DNA of 64,000 nt from Flaccisagitta enflata (lineage: Eukaryota): positions 29,574,001 through 29,638,000 of the forward strand of contig OZ231126.1 of assembly GCA_965153355.1 (NCBI GenBank), read 5' to 3'. The notes beneath the pieces are model-generated. The model saw only the letters and a list, made by a program, of their open reading frames with translations. It was not told where the DNA came from and did no database searches. Both the position numbers and the translations under genes were made by a program. This document shows positions 1 through 13,000 of this stretch, piece after piece (the first letter of the stretch is position 1; each line of letters starts with the position of its first letter).

Positions 1-420
1 GACTTCAGGAAATAAAATAGATAAAAAAACAACAGATCAACGGACGGACGGACAAAGCGGGTGTAGAGTCGCGTGCACGCGACTAAAAAATCTACCAAAT
101 CTACCAAATCTCTAAAGAAGTGGGAAACAGTTTCCATACTGGTAAGTGGTAACCATGTGTTAACCTTGTGTTTAAATAAATCAGTATATCTGAAAAATGA
201 CTATCTCCAGCAACGATGCCCCCCAACGCTACAGCAGCAACAGAAACAATAACAACAACAATAAAAACAACAACAACGTCAACAACAACAACAATAACAA
301 TAACAACAACAACAACAACAACAGCAACAGCAACAGCAGCAGCAACAGCAACAGCAGCAGCGGCAGCAGCTGCAACAGCAACGGCAACAGCAACAGCAAC
401 AACAACTAGAAATGACTCAC

Positions 421-497
421 CTCAAGGAGTTGATCTCCGACGACGATGCCCGCCAACGCAGCATTGGATTTTTCCTCAACAGATGCCACGAAAACAC
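421..497 (-). CDS. Isolated internal exon encoding part of a PDZ domain (DLG5/MAGUK-like), (G)VFVASVEEKSNAALAGIVVGDQLLE
   Basis: Minus strand reads ttttgttgttcag|GT GTT TTC GTG ... CTC CTT GAG|gtgagt (77 nt, phase 1 to phase 0). The peptide fits the PDZ G-I-F-V..V...S.A..AG...GDQLLE pattern from memory. Parent gene not identified. Confidence 0.7.
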
Positions 498-2220
498 CTG
501 AACAACAAAAACGACAACAATTACTTAAACAAGTATTACAAAACTTTCAATTCCGACCGGGAGGGGGGCCCGGAGCGGCAGCGGAAATGCGCGTTTTCGA
601 CTCGTGGAAGGAAGGATGGACGAACGGATGGAAGGACGGAAGAACAGACCGATGAATGAACGAACAGAAAGAAAATCTCTGAACTTTGACGGACGGAAGG
701 ATCGACCGAATATTAGCTTTTATTGTCGCGTGCACGCGACTGAAACGAATAAATCCACAGATCCCCGCGAAGAAGCACCTGACGAACCAATAAGGAACAA
801 GATCACACACAAAAGAAATAAATATTTCAAATAAAGCAAAGGATTCAGTAAAACATAATCTTTGAGGCATCAGATTTCTTCGCCGCCTAATCCAGTCAAA
901 TTTAAAGGCTTATCATTCGATTTTTATGTTTGAATTTTGTTGACACTCTCAATATTGACTCAGCTGATTTGCGTGTCATTCTGTCCGTCGATGTACCTGC
1001 GTGGGATGTTTGGTTTGTCCGTCCGTCGTCTCTTTTTGGGTGGCTTCGAATTTCACGTGCACTTTCACGATACCCCCACCTTTCATGTTCATAAATCAAT
1101 GTTTGCTAACTAATATTCCTCGATACTTGACAATAGAATGTAACCAAGATATTTCTTTACTTCAATTTATCAATGGAAAAAGAATTTACTGGAATCTAGT
1201 GTTTAAGGATAGCATGGTAAAGATTTTGAAATTCTCATAATAATCGACAATGAGCTCTCAGTGAGAACTCCCCAGAATGGAAAGAAAAGAGGAACAAGAA
1301 AATCGAGAATTTAGTAAGCCTATTTCAGCCCGGTGGACGATGAGATCATTCAAAACTGTCTCTAAGAGTGATATGAGTATCTTTTTATCAAAAGCTTGAC
1401 TGTGATGTGATTAATACTTTCATAATCTTTCCCTGCGATATCCCATTGATTCAAACTAGATCTTGACCTTCCAATTTCGACGACCGCAGTCAAAAAGAAC
1501 AAGGCCAAGTGTCCCCAGTGTGAGATTTAACGACCAGACTGAATTTGAAAATCAACCGAAACACTCAATAAAGATGGGAGGCCTTTGACATCTTCCCCGG
1601 CCGTGGTCTTAGGTATCCATCCCCGGCTAATCGATATGTCATTTGACTTACAGTAAAATTAGAGTCAACATGGTACAGTTAGAACCCACTAACGGAATTG
1701 AGGGGACCAAAAAATTGTATTCGTAATAGGCGGAATACTGTTGTAGCCAATACAAGAACTATCTCCAAAACCTTGATTTCAACGGAGAATTTTCAACTCT
1801 ATCGACCCCGTCGCGGGGGCGAATCTAAAAATAGCGACTAATGAGAGGGAAACACCGGAAAGCAATCGATATTCTGCCTTATCAGTCGATAGAAGGTTAG
1901 GAGGGAATTAACGGATTCATGAAACGCGCTTTAGAGACAAATCCGACCACTCCCCACGCATCAAGTAGATGTGGCGTTTCTCAATTACCGCAGCCATTTC
2001 CCCAAACGACAAATACCTTTCCTCCCCCCCACTCCCTCCCCCCTCACTCATCATCCGCTCATCCCACCAGCATCAAACATATCCGCACGCACTTCTCATT
2101 TACCGCAGCCATTTCCCCAAACGCCAATTACCTTTTCCCCCACTCCCTCCCCCTCGCTCATCCCACCAGCATCAAACATATCCGCGCGCGGCTTCATCAT
2201 AAGAGTTTGTTAAAAAATAC

Positions 2221-5200
2221 CGGCTTCGCTCTGCAGTTTCCTGTCAGAGACTTTGCTAATGTCGGGTCCCATGCCGCGTAGATCTTCGCCGATGCCGCCG
2301 CCGCCGCTTCCATCGTCGAGACTCTCGTTAGGATCGCAGGTGGAGCTGTCGAGACCGAGTTTGCGGCAAGCACGGACCGGCAACAACCGAGGATGATCGC
2401 AGATCTTCTTTAAAAACGTCAACGCGACCAACGGACTCCTTTTTGACGTCAACAATTCCTAGGAGAGAAAGTGGGGGGGGGTGAAGAGCAAGATCTATAA
2501 TGATTGGAAGTAAAATGGAGTGAATGAGAAATCGAAATCAAAGATTAGGTGATGAAGGGAGAGGAGAGAGTCAAAGAACAAAAGCGAAAATGATTAGGAA
2601 CAAATGTAGGAAAGAGTGGAGACAAAAAGACAGGAAAACAGGCACGAGGAAAGAAAGAGCGAGGAGAGAAAATGAAGTGTAGAAAGAGAAAGAGAGAGAG
2701 AGAGACAGAGAAAGACAGAAAGAAACAAAATGAGAAACAGAGAGAGAGAGAGAGAGATATATATAATTTGTTTTACATCAGCTTAGTAAGTCACCACAGT
2801 TGTCGGGCTTGGGACCGACTCAGCGTTTTAAGCGCTCCCTCAAACTCCTGTGTTACCTTCATGCCCGTCGTGGATTCGAACCCTTGACCCTCATTTCTGA
2901 ATGCAAGTATTCTAACCACTAGACCATGAAGGCTGACTTACTAGAAGCTGATGATTTGTTCCATTGGATACTTTTTTGGTGTCCTAGCAGATACCCCAGT
3001 CTGTGACTGGCTTTGAGTCTGACGTAGGAACCATTTAATGAATGCGATGAGCAGAGATATATAATTTGTTTTACATCAGCATAGTAAGTCACCACAGTTG
3101 TCGGGCTTGGGACAGACTCAGCGTTTTAAGCGCTCCCTCAAACTCCTGTGTTACCTTCATGCCCGTCCTGGATTCGAACCCTTGACCCTCATTTCTGAAG
3201 GCAAGTATTCTAACCACTGGACCATGAAGGCTGACTTACTAGAGGCTGATAATTTATTCCATTGGATACTTTTTTGGTGTCCTAGCAGATACCCCAGTCT
3301 GTGACTGGCTTTGAGTCTGACGTAGGAACCATTTAATGAATGCGATGAGCAGAGATATATAATTTGTTTTACATCAGCATAGTAAGTCACCACAGTTGTC
3401 GGGCTTGGGACCAACTCAGCGTTTTAAGCGCTGCCTCAAACTCCTGTGTTACCTTCATGCCCGTCCTGGATTCGAACCCTGGACCCTCATTTTTGAAGGC
3501 AAGTATTCTAACCACTAGACCATGAAGGCTGACTTACTAGAGGCTGATGATTTGTTCCATTGGATACTTTTTTGGTGTCCTAGCAGATACCCCAGTCTGT
3601 GACTGGCTTTGAGTCTGACGTAGGAACCATTTAATGAATGCGATGAGCAGAGATATATAATTTGTTTTACATCAGCATAGTAAGTCACAACAGTTGTCGG
3701 GCTTAGGACCGACTCAGCGTTTTAAGCGCTGCCTCAAACTCCTGTGTTTCCTTCATGCCCGTCCTGGATTTGAACCCTTGACCCTCATTTCTGAACGCAA
3801 GTATTCAAACCACTAGACTATGAAGGCTGAATGACTAGAGAGAGAGAGAAGAGAGAAGAAAGAAAGAAGAGAGAAGAGAGAAGAAAGAAGAGAGAAGAGG
3901 AGAGAAGAAGAAGAAGAAAGAAAGAAAGAGAAGAAGAGAAGAAGAAAGAAAGAAGAGAAGAGAAGAAGAAAGAGAAGAAAGAAGAAGAGAAAGAAAAGAA
4001 GAAGAAAGAAGAAAGAAAAGAGAAGAGAGAGAGAAAGAGAGAAGAGAAAAAGAGCAACAGAAAGAAAAAGAAGAAAAGAAAACAAAAGAGAAAAGAGAGC
4101 AACAGAGAAAAGAGAGCAACAGAGAAAAGAGAGCAACAGAGAAAAGAGAGCAACAGAGAAAAGAGAGCAACAGAGAAAAGAGAGCAACAGAGAAGATAAA
4201 GCAACAGAGAAAAGAGAGCAACAGAGAAAAGAGAGCAACAGAGAAACGAGAGAAACGAGAGAAACGAAAGGAGAAAGAGAGAAAGAGCGAAAGAGAGAAC
4301 GAGAGAAAGAGCACCCAGGAAAGTGTTGATAAATTACACAGTCTTGATTGAGGCTTTACAGCGTTGGGATCGAGAAACTCAAAAAAAGTAATGAAATTTC
4401 AGAAGAAAAAGAAAAAAAGTTCAATATTGAAATGAAATGAAGATGTGTATGAATTTTGAGATGACAATTTGTACTTCTATGTTTCAGGTTAAATCGCCTT
4501 GATAAAGACGGCATGGATCGTCGAAAATTTGGCAAAATTTCGTTTTTATTCCGAGAGAAAGAGAGAAAGAGAGTTAAAGCGATACAAACATTGCAACGAC
4601 TACATTAAATTATGAATCTTTATCCGTATCTGCATTGACCAGGTGGATTTTTAGTTTTTAACAAGGTGGCTTTCGGCGAGTGTATCGTAGAAGTGAGTAT
4701 ATTCGTCATTAAAAGAGCTGTATCATCAAGGATCATTAGCACATCACGGTTACAAGTCAAACGGAGGCAGAGATTGTCACACTAATTTTAGCCATTTAAA
4801 AAAAAGCTGGATTAAACCGGCTGGATTAAATTGGCTTTTTTCAAACAATTTTTTGAAAAAAGCCACCGAAGAGTGGCTTTTTTCAAAGGAATTTTGAAAA
4901 AAATACACCAAAAATCAAAATTTCACCTGAAATACCATATTTTTCAGAAAATAGCTGTTTGATTTCAATGGAATACTGTTTTGTCAATAGCTAACCTTTT
5001 ACCTGACATATTCTCTGTTGCATTCTAGCAACCTTAAACCACTTTTCACAGTTAGATAAGTGATCGGCTCAGTGCAGTGCAGTGGTTAGCGCGACTCTGG
5101 ACAACAAAGGTTAGTCCGGAAATCATTGTATCATTGTATAGGTTTTGCAAGTTGGGTAAATTCTCTTGCTACCCATGTGGTTTCATATATGACTTTTTTG

Positions 5201-8200
5201 TTCTGATTTCAATCATAGGGGATGACGTTTCCCATTGCTGACCAGCGGGGGGCTGAGCCATCTCAGAAGCAAAATTTTAGCCCATTCACTTACACTTCAT
5301 TATTAGGCCAGGTTCATTTTGTGCTTTTGAATAAACGAATAACTATCCAGAATACAAGCAATCTTTATATTCCAGCAGCAAAATTCAATCTTTTATTCTT
5401 TTTACAAAATCAATCTGATTTTTATCTTGGCACCATGTTACAGTGAAAATTTTTTTTATAGTTCAGTATTTCTTCAGAAGTCAGAATTGATAATGATTAA
5501 ATTGATTTTGCTGATTTGGGCTCTTGTTGCGGAAATGCATATGGAACATGAAGAAACATAGGAAACATTAGTAAATGTACAAATAATGTGATTGAATTAT
5601 TTTGAGCTGTATTGTACTACCTTGTCATTGTGATTTGTTCCAAATCTGTTTCTTTTAAACTGTCAACTGTAATGAGTCATTTATTGTTAAGTTTGACAAT
5701 GTTAAGGCATTCTACTTAAGTCAAGGTGCAAATAAAGATAAAATTTTGGTTTCATTCTCTTTTCATAACTATATTCATAACTATTTTATGATTTTTTTAA
5801 TGAAATTTATAATTTTGTAGTTTTATATTATTTCATTAATAAATTAAAACCTAGTTTGATAAAGGCGTTGCTTTGTTTCATTAACAAAGACAAGAAAGAA
5901 TTACTGGAAATAATAGATTCCTTTAAAAATAGTAGAGCAAAAATTCAAAACCTGTGAAGGGAAAATCCTAAAACTTAAACAAAATGAACAATTTTGCATT
6001 TTTAAAAACATGGCCCTCATCTCAAAGGTTCTTAGAATGAGGCCATGTTTTTGAAAATGCAAAATTTTGCATTTAGAGAGAGTCTTAGAATTTTCCCCAA
6101 AACAAGTCAAGTTACAAAATTAGATTTCCTTCTTTTTTCTCCCTTTTTCACTTGCTCAGCACTTTTTTTTTTTTTATCTACAAATGATTTTCTATGCAAA
6201 ACTTAAAACAATAAAACATAACAGTATTATTCTTTGATGAAAAAATTCTAGATTTGTAAAATTTAAAATATTAGAAAAAATATTTTGACTCCTCTAATTT
6301 GTCCTTCGTTTGCACTTTGACTTAATATTATCATCATCTTGTCATGTTTATAGTAACAAGGCCGCACACACAGCTACCGAAGTCGCGTGCAGGTGGGCAG
6401 GAGCCATATTTGAGGTCACCAGACCATTTGGGCAGGAGCAGTGAGGTCAAAGAAATAAAATCATAAAAAAAAGTAAAGTGTGACCAACCGACCGACCGAC
6501 CGACCGACCGACGGACAAAGCGGGTTGTAGAGTCGCGTGCACGCGACTAAAAAGTGATGGTTTGAAAGTACATTTTTGAAAAAAATCCGGCGTTTGAAAA
6601 AATGGCTTTTTTGCCAACCCAGGTCACTCAGTGTTTTCGCTGAGAACAAATCCGTCGATAATTTTGAGGCATGGAAAAATCGATATTTCCGCCTTTCATC
6701 ATGATCGTCGTCACTTCGTCACAATCATCCCCATAATCGTCGTCACCGTCGTGGCGTCTCATAGTCATATTCGTGTCACTGTCATCGTCACGGTCGTCAT
6801 CGTCGTCATCAGCACTACCCTTGTCGGCGTAATAGTCAACGTCGTCATGGTCATCGTCGTCCAGTCTCTCATGCCATCGTTCTAAATAAACTCTTCACGA
6901 AGGACGAGAGGAAAAAATCAATGAGAAAGGGGAAATTATAAACAAGAAACCGGAGGGGGAAATTGTAATCTATGCCGTTGAAGTCAGTTCAGCGACCATC
7001 GCAAACACTTCAGTTCCTAGAGTGTTTGTTTTACCAAGAAGCGATGTCAACTCTCCTAGGATGAAATTGTCGAGTTTGAACAACTTCAAAAGTTGCCAAA
7101 TCTTTAAATTTCATATTGGATAAACCGCTTTATGTCAAAATTCAATTCATCCATTACATAAATTAAAAAAAAAGTCTAATAGTCAATATCTAACATAATT
7201 TGTCACTACAATTCAGGAGGAGGAAGGGAGGAAGAGAGGGGCCGGGGGGGGAGGGTTGAGGTTGGCAGAGACAGTAGAAAAGTCACAAGCCAAACTGATT
7301 TTGGTTATTTACCTTAACTTCGTCCTGGTGCAGGAAATCGTCATAGATCTTTATTTGCTCTTGGGAAAGGAAGCACCAAACGATGAATTCATTTTTACGT
7401 GTCAAGTCTGGCATCTCGGGACCTGGAAAAAAAGTGTCCGTGAGAGTGCAAGTGCGTTTTAGACAGATAAGAGGAGAGAAGATGGGAACCGAAAAAGAGA
7501 ATCTTATTGGAGGAATGTGGTCAGTCAGAGCGAAAAGAACAAGAAGTTATAAAGCTAAGAGAAAGACCATAGTCAAAGAGGCGGGATGAAAGGACAGCGA
7601 ACAAAAGCCAGTAAGACAAGACATACAATAGGACAGCCCGATAGGCTTGGGGTAAATTTTTGGCCCGCAAAAGATCAACTGTCAGGATTTTGGAAAGAAT
7701 GCAAAAGCCGACGATGGGGCCTTACAAACGCTATCGCTATCAAACAATTCTTCCAGCGTCTCTCAATAGAGCTTCAAAGAGGCAATGCTGCCCTCTGTTT
7801 GAGCGTGACTCAGAATCTTTGGACAATGGTGTTTAAAAGAAACTTTCCTAAAAATACAGTGTGGTCTCCTCGTTCTATTCTGCGATCATTGTTAAATTTG
7901 TTATGATATTTCTATTCTTTTTTATTCATTGCGCAACATCATCGCCGTTTTATATTTCATATTTGTTGTTTTTCTTCCTCTCTTTGCAGAAAAAAAAAGC
8001 CGGGGAGAACAGCGAAAACGTGTCAATGGAAAAGCGTCATAATCCACTGATTTTTTCGAAATCAGAGGAATTACCAGAGTATTAGAAAGTAACACTATAA
8101 CTAACTGTAACTATAACTGTAACACTCTAACAATGTCATTAGTATAACATTCAAATCTGATTACACAGTTCCGGTCTCCTCTTACTAGTATTCAGTTGAT

Positions 8201-10033
8201 GATCGGCGCCGGCAGTTTTTTGCTTCTTTTGATCCTTGATTTCCTCCTTTGTCCGGCGGAGTAACGAGGGCTGGATCAATTGCCTAATCAAGAGTACAGT
8301 ACTACAGTAACTATCCATTACTTTTAGTCGCGTGCACGTGACACTACAAAAGGCTTTGTCTGTCCGTCCATCGGTCCATCAATCCGTCTGTTGGTCCATC
8401 AAACTTGATTCTTCTAGTCATTTCAGGTCATTTTTAGTCATTCTAAGTCATTCAAAGTCATACAAAGTCACTTAAGTTAATTTGATCATTTAAGTCATTT
8501 TACATCATTTTATTATTTTATTTCATCTTGAGTTACTAAAAGTGACTTTTAGTCATCCTAAGTTATCTATGTCACGCACGCGACTTCTAAATAGGTGTTA
8601 GCCTCGTTTACGTAGAAGTAACAGGCCTTGGCTCCAAAGATCGCATTGAGGCGCAAAAACTCGGTCAGAGGCGTCCACATTACGTCCCCCAAAAAGTAAC
8701 AGATAATGATCTGGTCAAACATCGACAACCGCGAGTTAACGGCGGACTAAAACGCAAGTGTATCAACCTAACAGCGCTCGTGAGGAACACGTAACTGATG
8801 CACAGAAGCACGCGCGCAGGCGAGCAAGCAAGCAAGCGTTGACGCTTGACCTTGGCCTTGTCGTACCTCAGCGAAGTAGCCATCTCCTCTCCGAGCCGCT
8901 TCTCTCCCACGGAGGCGTCCTTTTCGCGCGCGCGACAAATCGGGTTTTCGTACTCCATTTTGAATGTTTTCTGAGTTCCCAACAACGTTCCCTATGATAG
9001 CAATGAAACAAAACATGGTTAAGCATGTTGGCAATGCTCCTAACGTTAAACCTCTCGCTCCGTTTTTCTTAGCGTACAGAACGATGGGAGCAATGAGGAC
9101 CTTAGATGGAGGGGCATTTCCTGCTGCAGTACCTTAATCAAGTAGCTTGAACTATGGTTTTACTGGAAGCTGATGGGCAAGAGCTTTGAGTGAAGATAGT
9201 GACATAACTCTAGCTGTAACTGTTGACAAAAAAAAATGCAACACCTCTCTGGACTTGAACCTGTGACCTTGAAGAGAAAGTATTCGCTTCTCTCAAGCTC
9301 AGCACCTTACCGACAGAGCTATTACGCCACATGAAAAGAATGGAAACAACCCATTTTTAGATGCGTCCTCGCATCTCTATAATACACTCTTTTTTTTTGA
9401 GTAAGGACAAAGTTTAAAAGGGCATGAGGCTGAATTTTGCCGAAAACTAAGGAAATTTTAAGGACGAAACCCAGCCTCAGATTTGAAAAAAAATTTTTTG
9501 ATTCATAATTTCAATTGTTATTACGCAAACTTGTTAAGAAAATAATTTCATCCATAGAAAATAACAATTTGTTTTATGAAATACAATCCTATTTTGCTAT
9601 GAACAGCATTCACTGTCACATCTAACATGTATTAGCTTATACTGTACATCAATTACATCAATGTATAAAACATCATAAAAAAAATATAAAAAAAACATTA
9701 GAAAGGTTAAGAACATTTCAGCCTGGAATTTGCAAATTTTAAAAGACATCTCAGCCTCAGAAAAAAATTGACTGGTCCTTATTAAAAAAAAAAGAGAAGG
9801 CCATGTCCATTTGTCGGTCGGTTGGTTACGCATTCGTCCAAATCAAGAAATCCACGATTTCTTTACAGAATATTTCATCATAATCATCAACATCATCGTC
9901 ATCATCATAGTCGTCATCATTGTCATCATCATAATCGTCATCAGCTTTGTCATCATCATCATCAGCGTCGTCGTCAAAGTCGTCATTAGCGTCAACGTTA
10001 CAATCCTCATCGTCATCATTCATCAACATCATT

Positions 10034-10074
<41 letters not shown>

Positions 10075-13000
10075 AATAATCTTCGTCATCATAATCATTT
10101 CCATCGACATCATCATTATCATAGTTTCTTTCCCGTCATCATCATAATCATCATCATCATTGTTACCATCGTCATCATCAGCATCATCGTTACCATCATC
10201 ATCATCGTCATCAGCGTTGTCGTGGTTGTCATCAGCATCATCGTTACAATTGTCATCATTCAGCAACATGATCATTAACTTAGTCTTTTTTAGATGCGTC
10301 CTCGCATCTCTATTATAGGCCATGTCCGTCCGTCGGTTGTTTGGTTGGTTACACATTTGTTTAAATCGAGAAATCCATGATATCTTGCAGAATATTGCAT
10401 CATAATCATCAGCATCATCGTTGTCATCATCTTTGTCATCGTAATCATCGTCATCGTCATCATCATCGTCATTGTTGTCAAAGTCGTCATCAGCGTCAAC
10501 GTTACAATCCTCATCGTCGTCATTGTTCATTAACACCATCCTTATCAGTTTTTTTTCGTCGACATTAAAATTATCGTTGTCATCATAAAATCATCTTATG
10601 TACCATCATCATCATCAATTCATCATCGTAATCATCATTATCTTCATCATCATCATCATCGTCGCTACCATCATCATCATCAGCGTCGTCATCGTGATCA
10701 TCATAATCAACGTCATCGTTATAATCATCATCGTTGTCATCATTCAACATCATTATCATAGTTTTAAAGATGCGTCATAAGAGGGCATGTCCATCTGTTG
10801 GTCGGTTGGTTACACATTCATCATAATCCACTATATCTATGCCACATCACACATGAATCACAAGCAAACCACCACATATCAATTTTAGATGCGTCCTCTC
10901 ATCTCTATTAGAGGGCATGTCCATCCATTGGTCGGTTGCTTACACATTCATCATAATCCACTATATCCATGCCATATCGCATACGAATCACAAGCAAATC
11001 ACCACATATCTAATTCTATAGTTAAACTATGTATGATAAAAAATGTTTTTACTGCTCTATGTAAATGTCATATCATTAAACAGGTTCATAAACTGGATCA
11101 ATAAAGCAGAGCAACGTGGCATAAATTCATATGATATTAACGAAACCATTTTTAGTGAGATTAAAGTAGAACCATATAGTGAAACCATATAAAGAAAGAC
11201 TTCATAAAACAAGACTAAGTAAAGTAAGGTCACATCAAGCGCTAACATAAGCAAAATCATCAAGTGGCACCTCATGCAATAATACCCTAAAAGTGAAACT
11301 ATTATGTGAGACAATTAAAAATATAATCATATAAAAAAATACCATATAAATAAAGAAGAGGACGCATCGTTGGCCTATCTGGCCTTGTTCTTTTGAATCG
11401 CTTGGTGTGGAATTTTATATTCACTCCACACCTTGGACTATCAGCTTTCAGCAAAACTAAAGCTATAGGTTCTTCCTTCAAACAGTAAAGTATAGAAGGC
11501 CCTCTCTGTACTGCCCTTATTGCTCCCATCGTACTGTAGATAAAACCAAACAAATCCATCTTTCTGCCGCTAAATTGCATGTACAATCTTCCATCCACCT
11601 CTATTTCTAGTATTTTCAGTAAATTTGCTATGTCGGTCGGTTCGTCACCGTTAGCTTTTCCGGCGTTTTCAGCCGAAAGGAAATGAGTTGCCATAGCCCA
11701 TAGGAAAACCTTTTTTAGATCATGGAGTCGACTCATACCTGATGAGTGAAATCAAAAAGCGCCCACATTTCTTTGATGTTATTCTGAACTGGAGTTCCAG
11801 TGAGAATGACGCGATGCCGAGACGGGATTGTACGCAGTCCCTTAGAGAAGAACAATGCAAATTAACTGTAGTGGTTAATGACTGTTTATAACTTACACCT
11901 CCAAACACGCAAACCCTACCACATGTAGTGCATCACTGGCAGGGACGGCGAGAGAAACGGCGGGCCCCCCCTCTAGCCTCTTTGACCCCCCTACCCCCCC
12001 TAGCACCCCCCCTAGCACACCCCCCTAGCAACCCCCCCCCATCCCTACAAGAGTGAAGTTTATCTTTTAGTTTTGGGTTATCAGATTAGAAATTTTTAGT
12101 TGCATGCTATGCGACTCTTACACCCCGCTTTGTCGGTCCGTTTGTTTGTCCATCACATTTTACTTTTTTTAGGTTTTTGAGGTCTTTGCCTCAGTGCTCC
12201 TGCCCAAATGATCAAGTGACCTCAAAAACAGCCCTTGCCCACTTGCGACTGGGGTGTGTGTTCAACCTTGTTCATGAAAATAACTCCAGGGCTCAAACTT
12301 CTACCTCCAGGACTTGTGGTATTGGTGTTTTACTGAGGTTTGTTTTTTTTCCCTCTAATCAAAATCAATGTGCCTTTCATTTTGTCTGAGCGAGGGATCT
12401 AAATTTGTTAGACCTTTTGACTAGATGAAATTTAGCACTGATTTTTAACCATGAGTGGAAATAGACAATGACAATGTTATACATTACAAATTTACAATAG
12501 AATATCACAATCAATGTGCCTCTTTTCCAATCTGAACGGGGGGTCTGAAATAGTCAGCCCTTCTGATTGGAAAAAATATGGCTCTCATTTTTAACCAATA
12601 CAGGCTGTACATAAAAAAAACCAAGTTAATCAATAATGGAAATTAAATCAAAATCAATGTGCCTCTTTTCCAATCTGAACAGGGGGGGGGGTCAGAATTG
12701 GTCAGCCCTTCTGACGGGAAAAAATATGGCTAATTTTTAACCAATACAGGCTTTACATAAAAAAGACTAAGTAAATCAATAATAAAAATCAAATCAAAAT
12801 CAATGTGCCTCTTTTCCAATCTGAACGGGGGGGTCTGAATTAGTCAGCCCTTCTGATTGAAAAAAATACAGCTCTCATTTAAAGATACACTCAATTATTC
12901 AAATAGGATCATGATAACTTCACTTTGAAATTATTTGTCACCTTTACAAGGGCCGAAATTTAACTGAAATATGGGTTCAATTGAAAGTAACATGTACTAT

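Noticed and set aside
197-409. Poly-Asn/Thr/Ala ORFs
   Set aside because: (CAA/CAG)n microsatellite in the intron next to the PDZ exon.
2757-3830. Possible tRNA with a TCA (Sec/opal suppressor) anticodon, or a hammerhead ribozyme (CTGATGA present)
   Set aside because: The acceptor, anticodon and T stems do not pair properly, and no correctly placed GAAA and stems follow CTGATGA.
3813-4314. Lys/Glu/Arg-rich and Phe/Leu/Ser-rich ORFs (also near 23590, 25560, 29000, 31040, 33600, 41900 and 44700)
   Set aside because: These are (GA)n, (GAAA)n and (CA)n microsatellite translations.
9811-10780. His-, Asp- or Ile-rich ORFs
   Set aside because: These are translations of (CAT)n degenerate microsatellite inside HINE-like elements in an ERCC6L intron.
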